Shown in pieces: positions 54,601 through 63,600 of a DNA stretch of 64,000 nt; positions within the stretch are counted from its first letter, which is position 1, and the number at the start of each line of letters is the position of its first letter. Source of the DNA: Yuukianura sp. NJ FZ-2021 (taxonomy: Eukaryota); assembly GCA_046563655.1 (NCBI GenBank), contig CM102289.1:5518001-5582000 (forward strand), written 5' to 3'. Under the pieces are notes generated by a model. That model was not told the DNA's origin. It saw nothing but the letters and a program-made list of their open reading frames with translations, and did not search any database. A program made the position numbers and the translations under genes.

Positions 54601-57600
54601 CTTTGACCAAAGTGGCCCAAGTGATTGAACGTGATTGGTGGAAGGGTGTCACGTGAGTAGCCCATCAGTGGTCCAAAACCTATGCCCTTGTTTGGAACTG
54701 CTCTCAAAGCGTCTTTAACTTTTCGAATAGTTTCTCCAGGATTCGAACCCACTGCCAGACAAACTGGGTACATCGACGTAAACCACCCGACTGTCTTACT
54801 CACATCTAATCCCTCAACAATTTCCTCTCTCCCGTGACCTTCCAAAGTCACATACTGATTGGTTGACCCTGGAAAAATGATTTTTAGAGCAGAAGCTACC
54901 CCTGACAAGAGGAGGTCATTGACCTCAGTGTTGTAAATGGAATGACCTGTTCTTAAAAGAGTTTGTGACTGTTCAATTGGCAAAGAAAAGTTGACCTTTG
55001 ACATAACTTTTTTCAAGGGCATTTCAATCCTGACTTTTTCATGTTCCTCAACCAAATCCTTCCAGTATTTCTGTTCCCCCAGGGGGAGCTGTTTTCCATA
55101 CTTTTCAATTGCAGTAACCCATTGCCTGTAGCTCGTTCCCTTTTCACCCAATGACTTTCCTTGGTACAAAGTTTCAAGGTCATCGACCAGTATCCTCCAA
55201 CTCACAGCGTCAACAATCAAATGATGTAAAGCGAAATGGAGTCTACTAGTGCCATCTTTGTAGCCCTTAATCAGTCCAATGTTCCACATGGGGCCACACC
55301 CATAGTCAAAGCCAGACTGCCACGAAGTAAGAATCCGCTGCAAGTTTTCCTCAAATTTTGAACTTCCCTCTTTATATTCCAAATTTGCGAGGTCAATGAC
55401 CTTTAACCTTCCAAAACCTAACCTCTCCGAAATTTGGGGAAAGTACTCTTGTTGTAAATTTTTGGAATCGAAAGTCATTCTAAGCACATCGTGATGACAC
55501 TCTAGCAGAGCAATGCTGCTGGCCAATCGTTCTACGTTCAAGGCCCCCTTGCAGTGAACTACAAAAGCTTGATTCCAGTGATGTGGCCAAGTATGCTGAG
55601 AACCAAAAAACCAGCGCTGAATCGGCAGTAGTTGGAATCTGCCAGTCAAAAGCCCCTGTTCCCCCTTGACCCCCTTCGTGAGGTCAATGACCTTGAGACA
55701 ACCAGAGTCCGCCAATCGCTTGATACATTTCTGCTCAAAGATGTCTCTCACGGTCAATTTCAAACCAAGTTCCTTCTTAGCTCTACCGACAATTTGGATG
55801 CTCAAAATAGAATCCCCACCGAGTTGAAAAAACGAACTATTAATTCCCAGGTCACTGACCCCAAGCACTTCCTTCCAAATTTTAACCAATCCCTGTTCTG
55901 CGGAATTTCTGGCGGGAATTACTTCCTCTTCGACTTGAATTTCAAAAGTAGGGCGCGGAAGCCCTTTTCGATCAACTTTCCCGCCAAGCGTCAGAGGCAG
56001 CGACTCCAAGCGGACAAAAATTGAAGGAACCATGTACGCTGGAAGACAACTCAAACAATGTTCTTGCAATTCAGTTTCATCAATTCCTCCCTCTGAAACA
56101 TAATATCCTATGAGTACTCCAGAAGTCGTATCACGCAGAATCCGTTCTACTACAATCGACGCAGCCTCACTAATCCCCTGAAATCGACAGATAACTTCCT
56201 CCACTTCGGCCAATTCTATTCGAAATCCTCTGATGTTCACCTGAAGATCACGTCTTCCAATGTACTCTACATTTCCTTCACCAATCCACCGCATCACGTC
56301 TCCCGTTCGATACAACTTTTCTCCTTTCCCGCCAAACGGAGATTGCACAAAGTTTTTTGCCGTTTCGACTGGTTTGTTCAAATACCCTCCGGCTACACCA
56401 ACTCCACCGATGTACAAAACACCCAGTGCACCCACAGGTACTGGCCGCCTAAATTCGTCCAATAGGAAGAAAGCCTCGTTCGGTAGAGGGCGTCCAATGA
56501 CATTTGCGAAATCATCTGTAATTTGATTGGCTGTGTTGACTACACTAGATTCAGTGGATCCAAACATATTGTAAAAACGTAATTTCTGGGACCAGTAACG
56601 CGTGAGTTCTGCTCCACACGGTTCTCCACTTATAGCAATGGCTTTGAGGGAAGAATAATTTTTCCTAGGAAGTGTCGCTAGTAGGGCAGGCGGGAAGTAA
56701 GCGAAATTGATCTGATGCAAGTCAATGTACTCTGATAAAAATGTGGGATCCAGTCGCTCTGTCTCTGTTAGCATGTGAACTAAACCAGCACCAGCGAGGG
56801 GAGTAACTATTTCAATAATTGAGGCATCAAAGACATAAGACGTCAAAAATGGACAATTCGGCTTCTCCGATCCGAAACACGGTGTCATAATGGAGTCTAC
56901 GACGGCAGCTACTCCTGAATGCTTCACCATTACCCCTTTGGGCTCTCCTGTAGTTCCAGAAGTGTATATAACATAAGCTAACTTATCGGCAGTATCTCGG
57001 AAATTGTCGGCTTCTTTCGGCATTGTTCGTAAATCATCGATTTCGCGCGGAGTGCCTACCGTTACAACTGTTTCACTAATTCCTTCTTCTACGCTCAAAA
57101 TTTGAATCGAAATGGACTCATTTTGACAAATTGATGTTAAATTCTGAACGTGTCGCTCGTGCGTCACTAGTACGCGTGCTCCAGTGTCTCTCAGAATGTA
57201 CCCGATTCGTCCAGAACCCGATGCCGGGTCAATCGGTACATATGCTGCTCCAAATTTCCAAGTACCCAGCATCCCGACAACCATTTCAAAACTCCGTTCC
57301 AAAAACAATGCCACAAACTGCCCCGCACCGACTTTCCTCAACCTATCAGCCAAAAGCTCCGACTTTCTCCCGAGCTGGCCATAACTCATTTCTTTCCCGC
57401 CAAAAATTAAAGCCGTTTCATTCGGCTTCGTATCAACAACTTGCTGAATCCTGTCAAAAACTGACTCCATCGGTGGTGGTGGACCTTCAGTACGGCTCCA
57501 GTCGTTTAAAATTTGGCGCGAACAAGATTCAGAAAGAAATTGGACAGAACTTGAAGGTTGGTTCCAAAAAGTCGGAATTTGAGCTAAGAGAACTTCCAAA

Positions 57601-60600
57601 GAGCCCAAAGCCCCCTGAACTGCTGGTTCAAACAGTCTATCTCCATCGTACAACAGCTTGACCTTTAGCCCAAGGTCAAGTTCATAGGCAATTAGAGCCA
57701 ATGGATAGTCGAATTGACCAAAAACGTGATCCAGAAGCAACTCCCACTTCAACTCACTCTCTACCTCTTTCTGTGGAAAATTCTCGTAAGCAAACAAAGT
57801 ATCAAACAACCTTCCCCCATCAGGAGTAAGTTGAGCCAATTGAACACAACTTCTGGAATTCATTTCAACCAAATCCAACTGAATCTGTGTAATTACCTCA
57901 GCCAAAATTCTACTTCCTTTCTGCTCATGCCCAACTACTAAAGGCAAAGTGTTGATGTACAAACCCACTGACGACTCCATTCCCGCCACTGGAATGTTCC
58001 TTCCACTCACAACAGTTCCTGTCACGGTAGTTGAAGCCAAACTGTAGAGATGGAGTACTTGATGCCAAGCCCATTGCAGGAAAGCAGTCATTGTCATTCC
58101 ATGTTTCTGTCCAAAGCGTTTCAAATTTTCGAAAATTTTGAAATCAATTGTTACGCTAATCTCCTTCGGATTCAAAACTTCCCGCATTTCGGCAATTTTC
58201 TTCTGCGGTTGTGAACTTTTTGGAAACAGAAACCCACTCAACTCCATTCTTTCACTGATGGAAGCTACAATTTGGCGCCAGTAGGTCAGATGATCTTCCC
58301 TATGAGAATGCAGATACTGCTGCGCAGAAAAGTAAGCTAGGTCTACGCACATGTCATGTGACACTCCAGAATAAATTTTGTGAACTTGATTAATCAAAAC
58401 TGCCATGCTCCAACCATCTAAAATCGAATGATGAGCACTGAACAAGCAATACATTCCTTCGAGTGTCGAAATAAAGTAAATTCTAAACAGTGGTGCTTTG
58501 TCTAATTCAAATCCTTCTGCTCTGTCTTTCTTTTCAATTTCTGAAATTGCATCTGAGTTTTCCAAATTTGAAATTTGGCGCCAATCAAGAATGCCCACTT
58601 TTGAAATTACTTGGGTCACATCCGAACTCCAGTCAAATCGAAGTCTAAGAGTGGGGTAAAGGTCAATGACCTTTGACCAGGCTTTCTTTAGTCTTTCTTC
58701 GTCTACATGCGAAGTATATTTGATCAAAAGTTGTAACAAGTAAGACTGATCAGTTTCACTGGCTCCGAGATGATGAAAAATGAAACCTTGTTGTAAACTG
58801 TTCGTTGGAAGTCGGATTTCAGGTGCTTCCAGGTCAACTCCGAGGTCAAGAAGGTCATTGACCTCGGTTTCTGTTGACTCAAACGCTAAAGCATCACTTA
58901 GAGCCTCAATCGTCTTGTATTCAAAAATATCTTTCACTTTAAGTGTAATTCCATACCGTTGTCTCAGAAGAGCCGAAATCCGAATGCTACTGATACTGTC
59001 ACCTCCAAGCTGAAAAAAATTGTCTGAAATTCCAAAATCTGTTTCTGAAATTCCTAAAACCTCGGCCCAAATTTTCAAAAATTTGACCTCTATATCATTT
59101 CGCGGGTCAATCCTTATACCTTCACCGACAAAATCTGGTTGCGGAAGAGCTTTGCGATCAATTTTGCCGCCAACCGTGAGTGGCCAAGTTGTCATGCGCA
59201 CAAGTTTCGTGGGAACCATGTACGCAGGTAGCATTTTTTCAAGGTGTTTCGTAACTTTGGCGCCATCTACCTCGTCCAATGGACTTAAATAGTAACCAAC
59301 TAAAATTTTAGTCGTGACCTCGCCCATGACCCGCTCCCTAGCCTCCACCACGGCCTCTTCAATTGCGTAGTATGAAACCATTGCATGCTCAATTTCACCT
59401 AACTCTATTCGGTAGCCCCTAATCTTCACTTGGGTGTCAGATCTTCCGACATATTCCAAATTTCCATCCAGTTGACGTCGAACTATGTCACCAGTCCTGT
59501 ACAGCCTGTCGCCATCGTGAAACGGACTGGGAATGAATTTCTGTGCAGTTATTTCTGGTTTGTTCAAATAACCTCTGGCAACTCCCAGCCCACCGACACA
59601 CAGTTCACCCAGAGCCAGAAACGGGCATTGCCTGCCATATTGGTCCAAAACGTATGCAGACACGCCCTCTAGCGGTCGACCAATCACACGCACGTCCTTG
59701 GCTTTTCGAATTCTGGCGGCTGTATCAACACAACTCAATTCCGTTGCTCCATGAAAATTCCAAAAATCAACTCTGTCTACCCAAAGAGCAGCGACTGCTT
59801 CTGGACAACTTTCTCCCGAAAAAACAATTGCTTGGAGTGAGGGGTAGTGAATTGGGGGAAGTGCTGCTAGAAATGCTGGCGGGAAGTATGCGTAAGTGAT
59901 TTGATTTTGAAGCATGTAGTCACTCACGAGCTGAGCATCATGACGCTGAATTTCACTCAACAAGTGAACTGATCCACCGTTAAAAAGAGTTCCAAAGATT
60001 TCCAAAACTGATGCATCAAACATGTAAGAAGTGAAAGCTAGTTTTCTAATGGGAATTCCCGGAACAAAAATGTCAGAATACGACAAAAGCGTGTTAACCA
60101 CGCCCCTATGTTCAACTAACACGCCTTTCGGCTTTCCGGTTGTTCCGGAAGTGTAGATGCAGTATGCAAGTGAAGTATTACTTTGAACCAAATTCAAATC
60201 AGAATCATTTTGGCGCCTCAGCTTTTCACAAATTTCCTCCACAGTTAGTAGTTCTTGTGGTGCTTTTTGGCTTAAGAGTTTTTCAAGTCTAGACACATGA
60301 CTCTGATTGGTTATAATCAGTGTCGTAGCAGTATCGGATAAAATGTAGTCCAGTCTTTCGTTAGGTGAATTTGTGTCAATCGGAACATAGGCTCCACCGG
60401 CCTTTAGAACTCCAATCATGCACAAGATCATAAACTCATCTCGCTCCAGAAATAGACCAATCAGTGGATTTTCTTGGCCTGGAACAGCTGATTGGACAAT
60501 CCGAGCAATCTGATTGGTCACTTTGTTGAGCATAGAGTACGTATAAGATTTGGAACCAAAGACAAGAGCCTCTGACTCTGGATTTTGTTTAGCTTGTCTC

Positions 60601-63600
60601 TCAATGAAATCATGAATGTTTTCAGTAGGAGTAGAAAATTTGGCAGGAAAATTTGAAAAATCGGCATTATTTTCTGCCAGGATCAAATCAGATGACAGAA
60701 CAGTCGGCGTCTGCGCCAAGGCTTCCACAACTCGTTGAAAAACACCAAGAACGTTGTTGATTGGTCCTTCCTCAAACAGCAAAGAATCATAGCTGAATTT
60801 GACACGAAGTGACGATGAAAGTTCCATAACGGACAGCAAAAGTGGATAGTTGACCTTCTCTACCACATCGATCAGGCGCATGCGCAGTTCCTCGTTTTTC
60901 TCAAACCCAAGCATGTCTGGGTAATTTTGGTAAACAAAAATCGTATCGAAAATTCTCCCGCCAGAAAAGAAATTTGAAATGTCTGCAAGTCGAGCTGTAG
61001 AATGAGCCTCAGCTTCAACAACTTTTTCCTGCACTTTTCTTACAGAATCAACCAATGGGAGAGGATTAGCATGCTCAACAATAATTGGCAAAGTATTGAT
61101 ATAAAGACCAACTGATTCGTCGATTCCACCAATCGGAAGAGACCTACCAGACACCACTACACCTACCACGGTTGTCGTTGTTGTACCAAAAATTTGTAAC
61201 ACTTTATGTAAAGCATATTGCAACATGGCACTCATAGTCACGCCATGTTCCTTTCCCGCCATTTGAAGTTGCTCTAAAAGTTTCCCGGTAAATTCAAATT
61301 CAACTTCCGCAAATTCCTCAACTTTGTTCACCTCATTCAAAGAAATTGCTTTTGACCGATTTGTAAAAAATCCTGGAAGTTCATTTCGCTCTTCAACTGT
61401 ACTAAACTCTGCCTTCCAGAATTCAAGATCTCCAAGTTGCCTCTCCTGAGTTAACTTCTGGGAATAAAAGTAAGTCGAATCTTGACCCAAGGTCAACTGC
61501 TGCCTGCCTACCAGTTGCGAATAAACTTTGTGCAAATTCGTCAACAGTACAGGAATACTCCAACCATCTAAGATGGCATGGTGAGAAGTAAAAACTGCAC
61601 GAAATCTATCCTCAGCCAATTCAAACATCGTAACGCGAAAGAGCGGGCTTTTATTCAATTCAAATCCGGCAGCACGATCAGCTACTTGGAATTTTTTGAA
61701 ATCTTTTTCCATTTCTGCGGAGGTCAAATGTCGCCAATCCAACTGACACCAGTCAAGGTCCGCCCGACTGTCAATGATCTGCACCAGTTCTTCCCAGCCA
61801 AGCCGCAGGCGCAGAGTGGGATACTTCTCGACACAAAGTTCCCAGGCTCTGCGCATGTGCTTGAGGTCAATTGCAACTCCGTATTCCCAAATGTACTGCA
61901 CCAAGTATGCGTCATCTCCTTGTTCTTGCCTCATCCAATGAGAAATGAATCCCTGCTGAAGACTATTGGCGCTAAAAACGGCTTCTACTTCCCTCTTTTC
62001 CTGAATCCTATCCAAATACTCTCCTGTAACCACGTAACCTACATCACTCGGGGTCAAATAAGTTCTGTCTGTTGACCTCAAAAGGTCAATGACCTCTTCA
62101 AGTGCCTTTTTCATGTAAATTTCAAACTCTACGCTACTTTTCACTCTAAATCCCATCCGATCTCCAAAAACTCCACCAACTACAGAAAGTACCGGATCAG
62201 TTGATTCATTTGCAGGATGAATAGTTAATCCTGGAGAATCTTCTAAGATTGACCAATCGTCGTTCGACTCTTTGCTCCTCCCACTCATTACACCCAAGTA
62301 GTTGAACAATATTGGCGGGAGAGGAACAGACTTGTCGTAGCCAATCAAATGACCGTATCCGAAGCCATGCGATGGTATGGCCCTCAGCGATTCTTTTGTA
62401 ATTTTCAAAAGTTGAGCCAAGTTTTGTGTTCCAGCGATCTCCAATTTCACCGGAAACTTGGTTGTAAACCATCCAACAGTTCTGGAGTGGTCAACCGCCC
62501 CTATGTCTTCTCTACCATGCCCTTCAAGTGTCACAAAAAATTCGGTGGAAGGAAACGCCCGTGACAATGCCAGTCCAAGAGCAGTTAGCAGAACATCGTT
62601 CATTTCCGTATGATATACTCTGTGGGCATCAGACAACAAAAATGTCGTTGCAGCCTCGTCTAACGTAAAAGTAGCTTCGATTGCCGGTTTAGTGCCAAAT
62701 TCAATTTTAGAGTTCATTGACCCCTGGGTCAACTGCTTCCAGTATGTCAGTTCTTCCGGATGGTCATTGGCATAACTCGAGCATGCGTCGACCCATTGTC
62801 TGTAACTTGCTGTTTTTGGACCTAGACTCTGACCATGGTAAGCCGATTGCAGATCTTCCAGAATAATTCTCCAGCTAACTGCGTCTACAACCAAATGATG
62901 AGCAGCGAGGAACAATCTGGCTCTTCCAGAATCATATCCATGAATGTAGCCTACAGTAAAGACACGCCCTTTTTCAAGGTCAAAAGAATCCTGCCAAGAT
63001 GTTAAGATTTTGCCCAACTCTGTGTCATTCTTCACTTTTTTGATATCAAGTACACGCAGCATGACCAATCTCGCCTCATTGTACGTCTGACTCTGTTGAC
63101 CTTGGAAGCTGGACCCCAGTATATCATGATGAGCCAAAACAGCGTGCAGTGCAGTAACTAATTTTTGTTTTTCCAGCGCTGGAACGTCAACAAGAAAAGC
63201 CTGATTCCAGTGCCCGGGAATTTCGAATTCTTTGGACCAAAACCAAGATTGAATTGGCAGTAGCGGAAAAGTGCCTTTGAGAATTCCAGTTTCACCAGAG
63301 AATTTGATTGGTTCAAAAGAATTAACATGGCAGAAGACATTGTCCGTTAGAGCCTGAATCGTTCTAAAGTCAAAAATATTTTTCACAGTTACGGAGAGCT
63401 GAAGTTGTTGGCGCATGCGTCCTGCTGCTTGGATACAAAGAATGCTGTCTCCACCCAAATAGAAGAAACTGTCTGTGATACCAACCGATTCCACTGGAAT
63501 TTTGAGCAACCCTGACCAAATTTCAGCAATGTCCAGCTCTGTTTGATTTCTCGGAGCCACTCGGACTCTTCCTTTCGTCACCAACTGAGATTCGGGATTC

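Noticed and set aside
58825..58875. TEVNDLL in the T2-C linker as a remnant of a deleted E domain
   Set aside because: The match is only 7 residues and coincides with an AGGTCAnTGACCT palindrome plus two more half-sites, which explains the peptide equally well.
30854..63340. Dozens of short ORFs overlapping the NRPS on either strand
   Set aside because: They are shadow ORFs of a long coding sequence with no recognisable motifs, and some simply repeat with the A6/A8 duplication.
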